From the NCBI RefSeq assembly GCF_009649845.1, contig NZ_WJIE01000009.1, positions 32,685 to 96,684 of the forward strand: 64,000 nucleotides of DNA, read 5' to 3'. Below, piece after piece: positions 42,864-54,000 of this stretch. Numbering within the stretch: the stretch's first letter is position 1; every line of letters begins with the position of its first letter. Source of the DNA: Polyangium spumosum (lineage in GTDB: Bacteria; Myxococcota_A; Polyangia; Polyangiales; Polyangiaceae). Position numbers and translations under genes: made by a program. Below the pieces are notes generated by a model. The model saw only the letters and a program-made list of their open reading frames with translations, was not told the DNA's origin and made no database searches.

Positions 42864-43754
42864 TTAACGCTCGACGGGCATTCCCATGGCGCGGCGTACG
42901 TCGTCGAACGCGGCGGTGAAACGGCCATCTTTGCCGCGTAACACGAGGGGCGGCTCGATTTCGGGGCTGCGGGCCGCGGCAGGGCGGCGCATCACGTACA
43001 CCGAGAAGAGCGGGTCCTTGCCCTCGCGCGGGACGACGTCGCGGTAACGCTCGAGCACGAGCCCGGCGCCCACGGCCGCGGCCTCGACGCGCGGGCGCTG
43101 GCGCGAGGCGGCGCAACCCACGAACGGCGCGCCCTCGGCGAGCAGGCGCGAAGCGGCGAGGGCGTAGTCCTCCACGCCGCCGCGCCATTCGAAGCGGCAC
43201 GGGCCACATTGCACTTTGCTCGACTCGATCCCCGTCCCCTTCGGCAGATACGGCGGCGTGCCGGTCACGAGGTCCGCGCCCTCGAGGCCCTCGGTCGTCG
43301 CCGGTTCCCGCAGATCGCCGAAACGCACGGCGCACCGATCGTCGACGCCGTTCCAGGCGAGCGATCGCCGCGCGAGGCCGGCGCTCACGTCCTGCGCCTC
43401 GACGCCCGTCACGCGCGCCTCGGGGAAAGCCCAGGCGACGAAGAGCAGGACGGTGCCGATGCCGCAGCCGAGGTCGACGGCGCGGCGCGGGGGCGTCGGC
43501 GAGGCCACCTGCTCGATTGCATACCAGGCCGTGACGAGGTCGTCGGCCGACCAGCGGTGCCCGTCGACGCGCTGGAGAATACGGAAATCGCCGGCGAGGT
43601 AGCAGAGGTCCTCGCCGGGGCCGGGCCAGACGTCGTCGCGATCGGGTGTCCTCGGGCGCGGGCCCGGCGCGATCCAGCCGGCGGGGCGGCGCGCCGGGCG
43701 CACGATCCCCGCGCCCTTGGCGACGGGGTGGTCAGGGTCTCCTGCAGGCAACAT
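42864..43754 (-). CDS. SAM-dependent N6-adenine-type methyltransferase (YfiC/tRNA m6A37-like)
   Basis: SAM motif VDLGCGIGTVLL and catalytic motif IV TGTPPYLP (N/D-PPY). Internal ATG MLPAGDPDHP at 43754. Confidence 0.75.
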   Translation of the reverse strand: MLPAGDPDHPVAKGAGIVRPARRPAGWIAPGPRPRTPDRDDVWPGPGEDLCYLAGDFRILQRVDGHRWSADDLVTAWYAIEQVASPTPPRRAVDLGCGIGTVLLFVAWAFPEARVTGVEAQDVSAGLARRSLAWNGVDDRCAVRFGDLREPATTEGLEGADLVTGTPPYLPKGTGIESSKVQCGPCRFEWRGGVEDYALAASRLLAEGAPFVGCAASRQRPRVEAAAVGAGLVLERYRDVVPREGKDPLFSVYVMRRPAAARSPEIEPPLVLRGKDGRFTAAFDDVRRAMGMPVER

Positions 43755-43854
43755 GGCGGTCCTCTCTACCACGAGGACGGGGCTACGGCTTCGAGAACGA
43801 CAAGCCCGAAGCGCCCTGCTACCGTGGGCCGAACACGACGCAAAACGAAGGATG

Positions 43855-44544
43855 TTCATGGCCGAGCTCGTCTCCATCGCCGAGGACCTCTGGGCTGCGA
43901 CACACCCGCTGCGGATTGCCGGGGGCGTCCGCATGGACACGCGGATGACCGTGGCGCGCCTGCCGGGCGAGAGGCTCTGGATCCATTCGCCCATTCCGAT
44001 CGACGACGCGCTCGCCGCCGCGCTCGAGGAGCTCGGGAAGGTCTCGTACCTCGTCGCGCCGAACCTGTATCACAACCTGTTCCTCGGCCCGGCGTCGGCG
44101 CGTTTCCCCGAGGCGCGCGTGTTCGCGCCGCCGGGGCTCGCGAGGAAGATCCCCTCGCTGCGCATCGACGAGGCGCTCTCGGCCGCGCCGCCGGACGCGT
44201 GGGCCGGCGTGATCGATCAGCGCCTCGTCGAGGGCGCGCCGCCGATGGAGGAGGTGGTCTTCCTCCACCGGCCGAGCCGCTCGCTCGTCGTCTCGGATCT
44301 CCTGTTCAACATCCAGCGGCCCGAGGGCCTCGGGACGAAGTTCGTGCTCACGTTGATGGGCACGCGCGGCAAGCTCGCGCGGAGCCGCGCCTGGAGCCTC
44401 ATCACGAAGGACAAGGCGGCCTGGAAGGCCTCGGTGCGCGAGGTGCTCGCGCTCGATTTCGAGAAGATGATCATGGCGCACGGCGACGTCGTCGCCGACG
44501 ACGCGAAGGCGCGGGTGAGCGAAGTCCTGCGCCCCTACCTGTGA
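43855..44544 (+). CDS. conserved hypothetical protein (DUF4336-like), tandem paralog A
   Basis: MFMAELVSIAEDLWAATHPLR...LWIHSPIPIDD...VSDLLFNIQRPEG. About 60% identical to the next gene. Confidence 0.7.
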   Translation, partial: FMAELVSIAEDLWAATHPLRIAGGVRMDTRMTVARLPGERLWIHSPIPIDDALAAALEELGKVSYLVAPNLYHNLFLGPASARFPEARVFAPPGLARKIPSLRIDEALSAAPPDAWAGVIDQRLVEGAPPMEEVVFLHRPSRSLVVSDLLFNIQRPEGLGTKFVLTLMGTRGKLARSRAWSLITKDKAAWKASVREVLALDFEKMIMAHGDVVADDAKARVSEVLRPYL

Positions 44545-44552
44545 GAGACATC

Positions 44553-45239
44553 ATGGCCGAGCTCGTACCTCTCGCCGAAGACCTCTGGGCCGCGGAGCAC
44601 CCTCTGCGGTTCGCCGGCTTTCTCCGGATGAACGCGCGGATGACCGTGGCGCGCCTGTCCGGCGGAGAGCTCTGGGTGCATTCGCCCATCCCGATCGACG
44701 ATTCGATGGCCGCCGCGCTCGCGAAGCTCGGGCGCGTCGCGTACCTCGTCGCGCCGAACCGGTTTCACAACCTGTACATCGGCGCCGCGTCGGCGCGTTA
44801 CCCCGAGGCGCGCGTCTTCGCCGCGCCGCGCGTCGAGGAGAAGATCCCCTCGGTCCGCATCGACGAGGTGCTCTCCGCCGATCCGCCCGCCGCGTGGGGC
44901 GGCGACGTGGAGACGCGCCTCGTCGAGGGTGCGCCGATGATGTCGGAGGTGGTCTTCCTGCATCACGCGAGCCGGACGCTCATCGTCACCGATCTGCTCT
45001 TCAACATCGAAGAGCCCGAGGGGCTCGTCTCCAGGGTCGTTTATGCGGCGATGGGGACGAACGGCAAGCTCGCGATGGGGCGGGAGTGGCCGCTGATCGC
45101 GAAGGACCGCGCGGCGCTGCGGGCGTCGGTGCGCGCGGTGGCCGGGCTCGATTTCGATCGGCTGATCATGGCGCACGGGAGCGTGGTGGCCGAGGGCGCG
45201 AAGGACCGGGTGAGCGAGGCGTTGCGGTCGTATCTTTGA
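44553..45239 (+). CDS. conserved hypothetical protein (DUF4336-like), tandem paralog B
   Basis: MAELVPLAEDLWAAEHPLRF...LWVHSPIPIDD...VTDLLFNIEEPEG. The listed 676-aa ORF is an artefact; only the C-terminal 228 codons are coding. Confidence 0.7.
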   Translation: MAELVPLAEDLWAAEHPLRFAGFLRMNARMTVARLSGGELWVHSPIPIDDSMAAALAKLGRVAYLVAPNRFHNLYIGAASARYPEARVFAAPRVEEKIPSVRIDEVLSADPPAAWGGDVETRLVEGAPMMSEVVFLHHASRTLIVTDLLFNIEEPEGLVSRVVYAAMGTNGKLAMGREWPLIAKDRAALRASVRAVAGLDFDRLIMAHGSVVAEGAKDRVSEALRSYL

Positions 45240-45272
45240 GCCGTCCCGCTCGTCGCGCTCGGTCGTCGAGGG

Positions 45273-45866
45273 TCAGACGGATCCGTACATCGCGGCGAAC
45301 GACGCCGCTTCGCCGCGCAGGAGGATGTCGATCCGCGAGCTCGTGTTCGCGTACGTGTGCAGCTTGCCGTTCCGCACGTCGAGCACGGCGGGCACGTATT
45401 CCGGGTGGCCCTCGCAGAGGCCACGCGAGAGGAGCGCGAGGATCACGGCGGTGCGGCGCGGGGTGAGCGGCTCGCTGCGGAAATACAGCTTGATCAGGTG
45501 CCTCTTGCCCTGGATGACGAGGCCGAGCTCGGGGTTCACGTCGATCTCGAGCGCTCCGAGCGAGAGGCCCGCGCGCGGCGGCTCGAAGAAGTTCATCGCG
45601 CCGTCGGCGAGGAACGAGCGATATCCCGCGATGACCAGCGGATAATGTTTCTGTCGCTTCTCGTCGTCCTGCGCGCGCGTGATCTCGTGCAGCGTGGAGA
45701 CGGGGAGGCCCGAGCGGTGCATCTCCACGATGGCTTCCCGGATCGGACGATAAAAGTCCGTGCTGAGCTCGTCCTTGCGCTCCTTGTACTCGCGCACGCC
45801 GGTGAGCTTCGGCGTCCCGGACTTCAGCACGAAATCGACGAAGTACGTCAGCGAGACCTTGTCCAT
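45273..45866 (-). CDS. hypothetical protein (197 aa)
   Basis: Internal ATG MDKVSLTYFVDF. Strong GC3 bias. No recognisable family. Confidence 0.55.
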   Translation of the reverse strand: MDKVSLTYFVDFVLKSGTPKLTGVREYKERKDELSTDFYRPIREAIVEMHRSGLPVSTLHEITRAQDDEKRQKHYPLVIAGYRSFLADGAMNFFEPPRAGLSLGALEIDVNPELGLVIQGKRHLIKLYFRSEPLTPRRTAVILALLSRGLCEGHPEYVPAVLDVRNGKLHTYANTSSRIDILLRGEAASFAAMYGSV

Positions 45867-46093
45867 CGGCTTCTCCCTGGCTCTCGGCGGCGCCCCCGGC
45901 CCATTGCCGTCACGCGCCGTCCGTTGTTTCCAGATGATAACACGGAACCTCCGTCCGTCACGGTTTTTCATTTTATGACGTGATGAACAATGTCCGACCG
46001 ATGCAAGGACGAAAAATGTCCGGTGTACGGGGTGCGGGATTGTCCGCCCTCGGAGCTTGTCGAATGACCCACGCTTCTGGTACACACTCCGGC

Positions 46094-46858
46094 ATGACGT
46101 TTCGCGCCTCGCGTTTCTTGGCACCTGCTCTTCTCGCCCTGTCCGTCGTCGCGTGTGGTGGCACGGTATACACCTCGACGAAGACGGCGGAGCCCGTGCT
46201 CATCGCGCGCGCGGAGTCTCCCGCCGAGGTGCGCGCGGCCGTGATCCGAGCGATGGCAGGCCGAAAATTTTCGGCCCTCGGCGAAGAGCCGGGGAAGATC
46301 TCCGCCCGCCTCGACAAACGCGACATCACCCTCGACGTCGACATCGAGTACTCGGGCACGCAGTACGTCGTGAAATACGTGAGGAGCACCGGCCTCGCGA
46401 CGAAGCCGGGCCCGAACGGCGAAGTGCTCGTCGATGGGCACTGGTCGGGGTGGGTCCGCGGCCTGAAGTCGCGCATCGGCGAAGAGCTCCTCGTGCCCAA
46501 AAAAGAGGCCGCCGAGACGGCGCAACGCGAGCGCGAGTACCAGCTCCTCCTGGAGCAGCACAGGACGGCGCAGGCTCAGGCAAACGCCCAGGCTGCCCAG
46601 GCGGCCTCGCAGCCACCACAGGCCCAGCCCGCGCAGGGCCAGGCGCCCGTCGTGATTCAGCCGGTCATCCCGGTTCCGTTGCCCTCACTCCCCGCGGGTG
46701 GCGTGAACGTGAGCCGCTCGACGACAAAGGGCAGCCAGACAATCACGTGCTGCATCAACGGCGCGTTTTACGCGTGCCCCAGCCAAGAGGCGTTCAAGAA
46801 GTGCATGAGCCTCGGCCCGCACGAGTGCACACGCGACGCGAGCAAGAGCTGCAAGTAA
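46094..46858 (+). CDS. lipoprotein with Q/A-rich linker and Cys-rich C-terminus
   Basis: MTFRASRFLAPALLALSVVAC lipobox. (AQAQANAQAAQAASQPPQAQPAQGQ) low-complexity segment. C-terminus TITCCINGAFYACPSQEAFKKCMSLGPHECTRDASKSCK. Confidence 0.65.
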   Translation: MTFRASRFLAPALLALSVVACGGTVYTSTKTAEPVLIARAESPAEVRAAVIRAMAGRKFSALGEEPGKISARLDKRDITLDVDIEYSGTQYVVKYVRSTGLATKPGPNGEVLVDGHWSGWVRGLKSRIGEELLVPKKEAAETAQREREYQLLLEQHRTAQAQANAQAAQAASQPPQAQPAQGQAPVVIQPVIPVPLPSLPAGGVNVSRSTTKGSQTITCCINGAFYACPSQEAFKKCMSLGPHECTRDASKSCK

Positions 46859-46961
46859 CCGCGTCCTGCATGTGTTCGTGACGGGGCCCCGGGCGAACGG
46901 CCCATCAGGCTCGCATGGCTTGCCATCGCCGCCGCCCCGGGTGATCCTTGCGCCGCGCCTC

Positions 46962-48512
46962 ATGTCCACGCCTCCTCGCCCGCTCTTCCTGCCTCGACGC
47001 GATTTCCTCCTCGGCTCCCTCTCCGCGCTCGCGCTCCCCTCCTGCGCGGGCTCGTGTGGCTCGCCCGGGATCGTGACGCCCGCGTCGGCGCGGCCCCTGC
47101 TTCCGTATGGCGTGCAGACCGGTGATCCCACGGCCGCCGGCGTCGTGCTCTGGAGCAAGACGGACCGGCCGGCGCGTATGTTCGTGGAATGGGGGACCGA
47201 CGAGCGGCTCGGCGACGCGCGAAAGCTCGAGGGCCCGCTCGCCACGGCGGAGGGCGATTTCACGGCCCGCGTGGAGCTCCAGGGCCTGCCGCCCGGGAGG
47301 CGTATCCATTATCGTGTGGTCTTCGAGGCGGACGACGCGGGGCGCGCCCGGAGCGAGCCCACCCTCGGATCGCTGCGCGCGCCGCCCGGGCCGGGGGAGG
47401 ACGTGCGGATCGTGTGGTCGGGCGATACGGCGGGGCAGCATTACGGGATCGACGTGGCCCGCGGCGGGATGAAGACGTATGCCTCGATCGCGAAGGTAAT
47501 GCCGGATCTGTTCATTCATTCGGGCGACCGGATCTACGCGGACGACCCGCTCGCGGAGTCGATCGATCTCGCGGATGGGTCTGTCTGGAAGAACCTCGTC
47601 ACGCCGGCGAAGTCGAAGGTCGCCGAGACGCTGGAGGAGTTCCGGGGCAATTTCGCGTACAACTTCCTCGACGAGAACGTGCGGCGCCTGCACGCGGCCG
47701 TGCCGACGATCGTGCAATGGGACGATCACGAGGTGCACAACAACTGGTTCCCGGGGCAGGTCCTCGCGGATTCGAGGTACACGGAGCGGCGGGCGTCGGT
47801 GCTGGCCACGCGCGCGAAGCAGGCCATGTTCGAGTATGCGCCGATGCGGCAGGGGCCCATTCATCGCTTGCTCTCGTACGGGCCACGCGTGGACGTGTTC
47901 GTGCTCGACGCCCGGAGCTTCCGGGGCCCGAATGGGGCGAATCGGGAGGAGAAAGCGCCGGCCGCGGCGCTCGGCGAGGCGCAGACGACGTGGCTCCGGG
48001 AGGCGCTCGCGCGGTCGACGGCGACGTGGAAGATCATCGCCTGCGATCAGCCGCTCGCCCTCGTGATTCCGGACGACGCCACGACGCAGGAGGGGTTCGC
48101 GAACGGGGAGGGGCCGCCGCTCGGGCGCGAGCTGGAGATCGCCTCGATTCTTTCGTTTCTTCAGGAGCAGAAGATCAAGAACGTCCTGTGGGTCACGGCG
48201 GACGTGCATTACGCAGCGGCGCACCATTATCATCCTTCGCGGGCGAAGTTCGCGAGGTTCGATCCCTTCTGGGAGTTCGTCGCCGGGCCGCTCCACGCGA
48301 TGACGTTCGGGCCCGCGCCGCTCGACGAGACGTTCGGGCCGGAGGTGAAGTTCCAGAACCGAAGGCCCGGGGATCCGCCGGTGGGGCCGGAGGGGGGCAA
48401 GCAGTCGTTCGGGATGCTCGCGATCGACGGCAAGAGCGGGCGGCTCCGCGCGTCGCTGCACGACGGAGACGGCAATGAAATGTGGGGCGTCGAGATCGAG
48501 GCGGAGGTTTAA
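46962..48512 (+). CDS. phoD: alkaline phosphatase D (PhoD-family metallophosphatase), Tat-secreted
   Basis: Tat motif PRRDFLLGSLSALALPS. PhoD-like core (GDTAGQHYG, HSGDRIYAD, WDDHEVHNNW, TADVHYAAAHHY). Confidence 0.9.
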   Translation: MSTPPRPLFLPRRDFLLGSLSALALPSCAGSCGSPGIVTPASARPLLPYGVQTGDPTAAGVVLWSKTDRPARMFVEWGTDERLGDARKLEGPLATAEGDFTARVELQGLPPGRRIHYRVVFEADDAGRARSEPTLGSLRAPPGPGEDVRIVWSGDTAGQHYGIDVARGGMKTYASIAKVMPDLFIHSGDRIYADDPLAESIDLADGSVWKNLVTPAKSKVAETLEEFRGNFAYNFLDENVRRLHAAVPTIVQWDDHEVHNNWFPGQVLADSRYTERRASVLATRAKQAMFEYAPMRQGPIHRLLSYGPRVDVFVLDARSFRGPNGANREEKAPAAALGEAQTTWLREALARSTATWKIIACDQPLALVIPDDATTQEGFANGEGPPLGRELEIASILSFLQEQKIKNVLWVTADVHYAAAHHYHPSRAKFARFDPFWEFVAGPLHAMTFGPAPLDETFGPEVKFQNRRPGDPPVGPEGGKQSFGMLAIDGKSGRLRASLHDGDGNEMWGVEIEAEV

Positions 48513-49495
48513 AGCGCCTTCCAGCCGAACGTGACCGGGCCCTGCGGCAGGCGCGGCGGGTCGAGGGCGAGGATGTAATCGACGCGGCGGTTCTTCGCCT
48601 CGGCGACCTCGTCCCCCGTCTTCACGATCGGGCTGTGCTCGCCGAACCCCTCGTAGGCGACCTGGATCTTCAGGCCGCGGCCGCGGAACCAGGCGGCGAT
48701 CGCGCGCGCGCGTTTGCGCGAGAGGGTCAGGTTGTGCTCGGGGCTGCCGACGGTGTCGGTGTGGCCCGCGATGAAGAGCGAGATCCCTTTGAGGTCCTTG
48801 TGCTTCGTCAAGGCGTCCTTGACCTTGTCGAGGCTCGCCTCGAGCTTCGGCACCTCGCTGTCGCGGATCTTGTCCGAGTCGGTCTCGAAATTGACCTCCT
48901 CGTGGTCGATCTTCACGTTCCAGGGCGTGATCGCCACGCCGACGTAGTTGCCCTCCGTGTCGTGACCCCAGACCTCGATCCGCGAGACGGTCTCGGCGCG
49001 GATCGGGCTCCAGTCGACCGCGAGCGCCGTGCCAGGCGCCGCGCCGTCGAAGCCCTTCGCCGCGTTCGCCAGGACCTTGCCGGACTCGCCGATGACCTGG
49101 AGCTCGACCTTGCACGCAGGCCGCGTGAGCTTGACCTCGAGCCGATGAGCTTCGATGTCGACGCGTGACCGATCCACGCTGATTTCGAGCTTCTTTTTCG
49201 GCCCCGCGGCCGCCGCGCCCGCCTTGGGCTCGCAGGAGATGGACGGCGCCTTCGGGGCCTCGGCGAGCTCCGCCGGGGCGGGTTTGTCCTCGGCCGGCGC
49301 GGGGGCCGGCGCCTCGGCGGGCTCGGGCTTTGGGGCCTCGTCCGTCGTCGCGGGCGGGGGCGCTTCGGGCGTCGCCTCGGCCGTGGTCTCGGGCGCGGGC
49401 GCGTCGGGGTTCGTCTGGGCTCCCGCGCCGCCGCAGCCGCAAACGAGCGCGAGCAAGGCCCAGGGCGCGACCTTGGAGGTTCGGAGGATCGCCAT
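48509..49495 (-). CDS. OmpA/MotB-domain lipoprotein
   Basis: Lipobox LLALVCGC. Pro/Ala/Glu-rich linker. C-terminal OmpA-like peptidoglycan-binding domain (GHTDTVGSPEHNLTLSRKRARAIAAWF). Confidence 0.85.
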   Translation of the reverse strand: MAILRTSKVAPWALLALVCGCGGAGAQTNPDAPAPETTAEATPEAPPPATTDEAPKPEPAEAPAPAPAEDKPAPAELAEAPKAPSISCEPKAGAAAAGPKKKLEISVDRSRVDIEAHRLEVKLTRPACKVELQVIGESGKVLANAAKGFDGAAPGTALAVDWSPIRAETVSRIEVWGHDTEGNYVGVAITPWNVKIDHEEVNFETDSDKIRDSEVPKLEASLDKVKDALTKHKDLKGISLFIAGHTDTVGSPEHNLTLSRKRARAIAAWFRGRGLKIQVAYEGFGEHSPIVKTGDEVAEAKNRRVDYILALDPPRLPQGPVTFGWKAL

Positions 49496-49556
49496 GGAGA
49501 ACGTCTACCAAAAGCCCGACGGCGACTCCAGGGTTTCGTGGACGCCCTCCGAGGGG

Positions 49557-50432
49557 TCACTTCGGCCAGCGGACGTCGAGGACCACACGGCGGCCATTGC
49601 GGAGGAGCTCGAAGACCGCGGCCCCCTTTTCGCGGGAGGCCGCGTAGCCGCGGAGCGCGCGCTCGGGGCTATCGACGCCGTAGCCATTGACGGAGACGAG
49701 GACGTCGCCCGGCTGCACGCCCGCGAGCGCCTCGATCGAGTCGGGGCCGAGCCGCGAGACACGCACGCCGACGGCCCTCCCGCCCTTGTGGACCGGGCTG
49801 ATGCGCGTGCGGAGGTCGGCGCCGCTGTCGAAGAGGGCCTTGCCGAGGTTCGCGCGCACGAGGAAGATGTCGAGGCCGGCCTCGCGCAGCTTGTGGACGC
49901 GCGCGAGCAGGGCGTCGGGATCGTGGACCTCGGGCGAGAGCGCGGCGAGCACGCTCGTGAGGGCCGGGACGCTCTCGTCGTCGAGGGAGATTTTCGCGCG
50001 CGGGGTGGGCGGCGCGGGTGGCGTTGCGTCTCGCTTGTGGTGCCGCTTCTTGCGTGGTTTGTCCCGGGGTTTGTCCTGGGGCTTTTCGCGGTGCTCGGCC
50101 ACGCGCTCGGCCGAGGTGCGCAGCTCGATGAGGCGCCGCGCCGTGTGCACGAAGACGTGCGTACTGAACGCGAGGACGCCCAGGGTGAGCACGACGAGCG
50201 TGGGCGGAACCCAGCGCATGAGGGCGTCTTTGACGTGGCGGCGCGAAGCGGGCTTTCGGGCGGCGGCGCGCGCGACGATACGGCAGGCCTCTCGCAGGCA
50301 AGGGTCGCAGGCTTCGACGCCCGGGCTCTCGAGGTGGAAGGGTTCTTTGCAGAGCTTGCAGATGTGCGCTTGCTCGACGTGCGGCGCGGAGCAGGTGGGG
50401 CAAGCGGGGGTGCGGTAAGGCTCGCTCGACAT
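49557..50432 (-). CDS. zinc-ribbon + TM + PDZ-domain protein (GspC-like)
   Basis: N-terminal CPTC...CKLC...CDPC triple CxxC. A single TM helix (VPPTLVVLTLGVLAF). Lys/Arg-rich spacer. C-terminal PDZ (GVQPGDVLVSVNGYGVDS). Confidence 0.7.
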   Translation of the reverse strand: MSSEPYRTPACPTCSAPHVEQAHICKLCKEPFHLESPGVEACDPCLREACRIVARAAARKPASRRHVKDALMRWVPPTLVVLTLGVLAFSTHVFVHTARRLIELRTSAERVAEHREKPQDKPRDKPRKKRHHKRDATPPAPPTPRAKISLDDESVPALTSVLAALSPEVHDPDALLARVHKLREAGLDIFLVRANLGKALFDSGADLRTRISPVHKGGRAVGVRVSRLGPDSIEALAGVQPGDVLVSVNGYGVDSPERALRGYAASREKGAAVFELLRNGRRVVLDVRWPK

Positions 50433-51082
50433 GGAGGGTCACGTCATCAAGTTCGGTGCCACGTCCAAACGAGCGGGTTTTGCCGTGGGAACACGCGGCC
50501 CTGCGCGCCGAGGCCGCGACATTCCGGCGAAAGGGCACGAGTTCGGCTGCCAAAATGGCAACCGTCCGCGAGGCGCGCGGTTTTCCGTTGCAGCAAGAAT
50601 TCGTCCGATGCGGAGGATGAGGATGAGGAGGACGCGGGCGACCGGTTATCTCGCGGCGTGAGCAAAATGCGTCGAGGCGACCCATTTCATCGGTCGAGCG
50701 CAGGCGGCCAAGAGGAAGGAATGGCCGACCCCCATCGAACGCGCAGCGTCGGGGAGCACCGCGGAGACCCGATCTTCACCCTCCTCGTGGACGCGCCGAG
50801 CCTGGAGGGGTGAGGAGGGCGCCCTCGGGATGGGTCGCGCCGCGCACGGATCCTCGGTGGTCTTCGCGCTTTTTCTCGGGCGTCAGGCCCGTAGCGGATC
50901 CAGGCCGCCGAAGCCGCGCCGCGGCAGGCCTGGAACGGCTTCCCTTCCGTGCGGGAACCGGGTACAGGAGATGTACCCGGCGCGACGGGCGCCAAACCTT
51001 TGTCCGAAATCACCGAAAACGTACATCGCTCGCGGCGCCTGCCTGCGGGAAGATACCACGAAGATTCTGGCGTGGAGGAATC

Positions 51083-54000
51083 ATGAAGCGCTCTGCTCGA
51101 TATGCCACGGCTCTGATCACGCTGCTCGCCGGCTCCGCGGCGCACGCGGGGGACATGGAGCTGCCGAATTACCATGCGTACGATGACGCCCCTGCGGTCG
51201 CGGTGAGCCCGCTGCAGAACCAGCACCTGGCCGGGGTCTCTGGCGTGACGGGCGTGGACGAGAAGCGCGGCGTGCCGACGTTCTTCTGGGCGCCGAAGGG
51301 CGGCTGGAAGGCGCCGGGCGCGCTCACGGCGAGGCCGGAGGCGTCGGCGCGGCTCTACCTCGAGCGTTACGCGGGGCTCTACGGCGTCGGCAAGCGCGTG
51401 ATCGACGCGGCCATGCCCGTGGTGGTGAACGAGCTGACGGGCGGGGGCATCATCGTGGTGTTCCGCCAGAAGGTCGACGGGATCGACGTCTTCCAGAACG
51501 ACGTCAAGGTGCTGATGACGCAGGGCCGCGAGCTCGTGGCGATCGCCGGCAACCTGCACGCGTCGGCGGCGCCGGGCATGAAGCGCGGCAAGAACTTCAA
51601 GCTGACGCCCGTGACCGCGGTCGCCCGCGCGTTCAACGATTTCTTCGCGACGAAGGTGCCGGTGAGCGCCTTCAGGGACATGAAGAAGATCGAGCATGAT
51701 TATGCCTTCTTCGACGTCGTCGAGAACGACGAGACGCGCGCGGCGAACATCACGCTCACGCAGCCGGCGCGCATCAAGAAGGTCTATTTCCCGATGCCGG
51801 ATCGGCTGGTCTCGGCGTATTACGTCGAGGTCTGGGGCGGCGAGAAGGGCGCGCTGACCTCCGAGCTTTATGCGTACGTGGTCGCTGCCGACGACGGGCG
51901 GCTGCTCATGCGCGCCAGTCGCACGCACGACGCGGCGCACACGTACCGCGTCTGGACGGACGGCCCGCCGAAGCTCACGCCGATGGAGGGGCCGATGGTC
52001 GATTTCGCCCCGCACCCGACGGGCGTGCCCGACGGCTCGGCGCCGGCGTTCACGGCGCCGACCCTGGTCACGGTCGACGGCTTCAACACGAACCCGGTGG
52101 GCACCTTCGATCCGTGGCTCCCGGCCGGCGCGATGGACACCAACGGCAACAACGTCGAGGCGTACGTCGATCACACGCTGCCGGACGGCCTCAGCGCGGG
52201 CGATTATCGCGCCGACGTGACGGCGCCGGGCGTCTTCGATCGTGTCTACGACACGTCCCTGCAGCCGAACGTGTCGCAGGACCAGGTGAAGGCGGCGATC
52301 ACGCAGCTCTTCTTCCTGAACAACTACCTGCACGATTACTGGTACGACTCGGGCTTCAACGAGGCCGCGGGCAACGCGCAGGTGGACAACTACGGCCGCG
52401 GCGGCCTCGGCAACGACTCGCTCCGGGCCGAGGCGCAGGACGGCTACCTCAACAACCCGCCCTCGCTCGACAACGCGAACATGAGCACGCCGGCCGACGG
52501 CAGCCGGCCGCGCATGCAGATGTTCGTGTGGAGCGGCAAGCCGAACGCGAGCCTGACGACGAACCCCGGTGGCACGACGACGGCGGTCGGCGTCGCGGGC
52601 TTCGGGCCGCAGACGTTCGACATCGGCCCGGCGGACCTCGCGCTCGCGCTCGACAACTCCACGGACACGACGAACGAGACGCCCGGCACGTTCAACGACG
52701 CCTGCCAGGCGCTCGTCGGTAACTACACCGGCAAGATCGTGCTTTTGGATCGCGGCTCCTGCGATTTCGTCGTCAAGGTCAAGAACGTGCAGAACGCGGG
52801 CGGCGTCGGCGCGATCGTCGCCAACCACCTCACGCCCGGCCTGCCCCCGAGCCCGATGGGCGGCACCGACGCGACGATCAACATCGGCGCGCTCGGCATC
52901 ACGAAGGACCAGGGGGACGCGCTCAAGGCGGCGCTCCAGGCGGGTCCGATCGCGGCGACCCTGTTCCGCGGGGAGACCATCCAGCGCGACGGCACGATCG
53001 ACAACGGCGTGGCCGCGCACGAGTGGGGCCATTTCATCCACAATCGCCTCGTCAACGTGTCCTCGGTCCAGGCCCGCGGGCAAGGCGAGGGCTGGGGCGA
53101 TATCGTCGCGTTCCACATGCTCATCCGTGAAGGCGACGATCCGAACGGCGTGTACGCGACGGCCGTCTACGGCGGCGCGACGTTCGGCGACAGCGCGTAT
53201 TTCGGCATCCGCCGGTACCCCTACACGACCGATTTCACGAAGAACGCGCTCACGTTCAGGCACATCCAGGCCGGCGAGCCGCTCCCGGTCGGCATGCCGA
53301 TCCAGCCGCTCGCCGCCGAGAACGAGGAGGTGCACAACACCGGCGAGATCTGGGCGACGATGGTGCTCGAAGGGTACGCGAAGCTCCTCGAGGACGTGTA
53401 CGCCGCGACGCCGCGGCACACGTTCGACCAGGCCAAACGCAAGATGACCGATTACCTCGTCGGCGGCATGCAGCTCGCCCCGTCGAACCCGACGTTCACC
53501 GAGCAGCGTGACGGCATCCTGGCGACGGCCATCGCGTCGAACGTGGATGACTTCGAGGACCTCGCGACCGGCTTCGCCCTCCGCGGCGCCGGGTCGTGCG
53601 CGATCTCGCCGCCGCGCAACTCGACGGACAACGTGGGCGTGACCGAGAGCTACGAGGCGGCGCCGCAGCCGGTGCTCGTCTCGGTGAACGTCGACGACAG
53701 CGTGCTCTCCTGCGACAACGACGGCGTCATCGACGGCGGCGAGGTCGGAAACGTCGTCGTCGCGGTCCGCAACCAGGGCTGGGGCCCGCTCGCGGGCGGC
53801 ACGGTCACGGTGAGCTCGACGAACCCGAACGTGTCGTTCCCGAACGGCGCGACCGCGGCGCTGCCGACGACGAACGTCCTCGCCGAGGGCTCGGCGACGA
53901 TCCAGATCGCCCTCGCGAACTCGGTCGCGGCGATCACGGACCTCGAGCTCAAGGTCGACGTCTCCGCGCCGGGCTCCTGCACGCCGACGATCAGCAGCAC

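Noticed and set aside
43209-45239. 676-aa plus-strand ORF
   Set aside because: Only the last 228 codons (from ATG 44553) are coding, as a paralog of the upstream DUF gene. The rest overlaps the minus-strand methyltransferase and the other DUF gene in a different frame.
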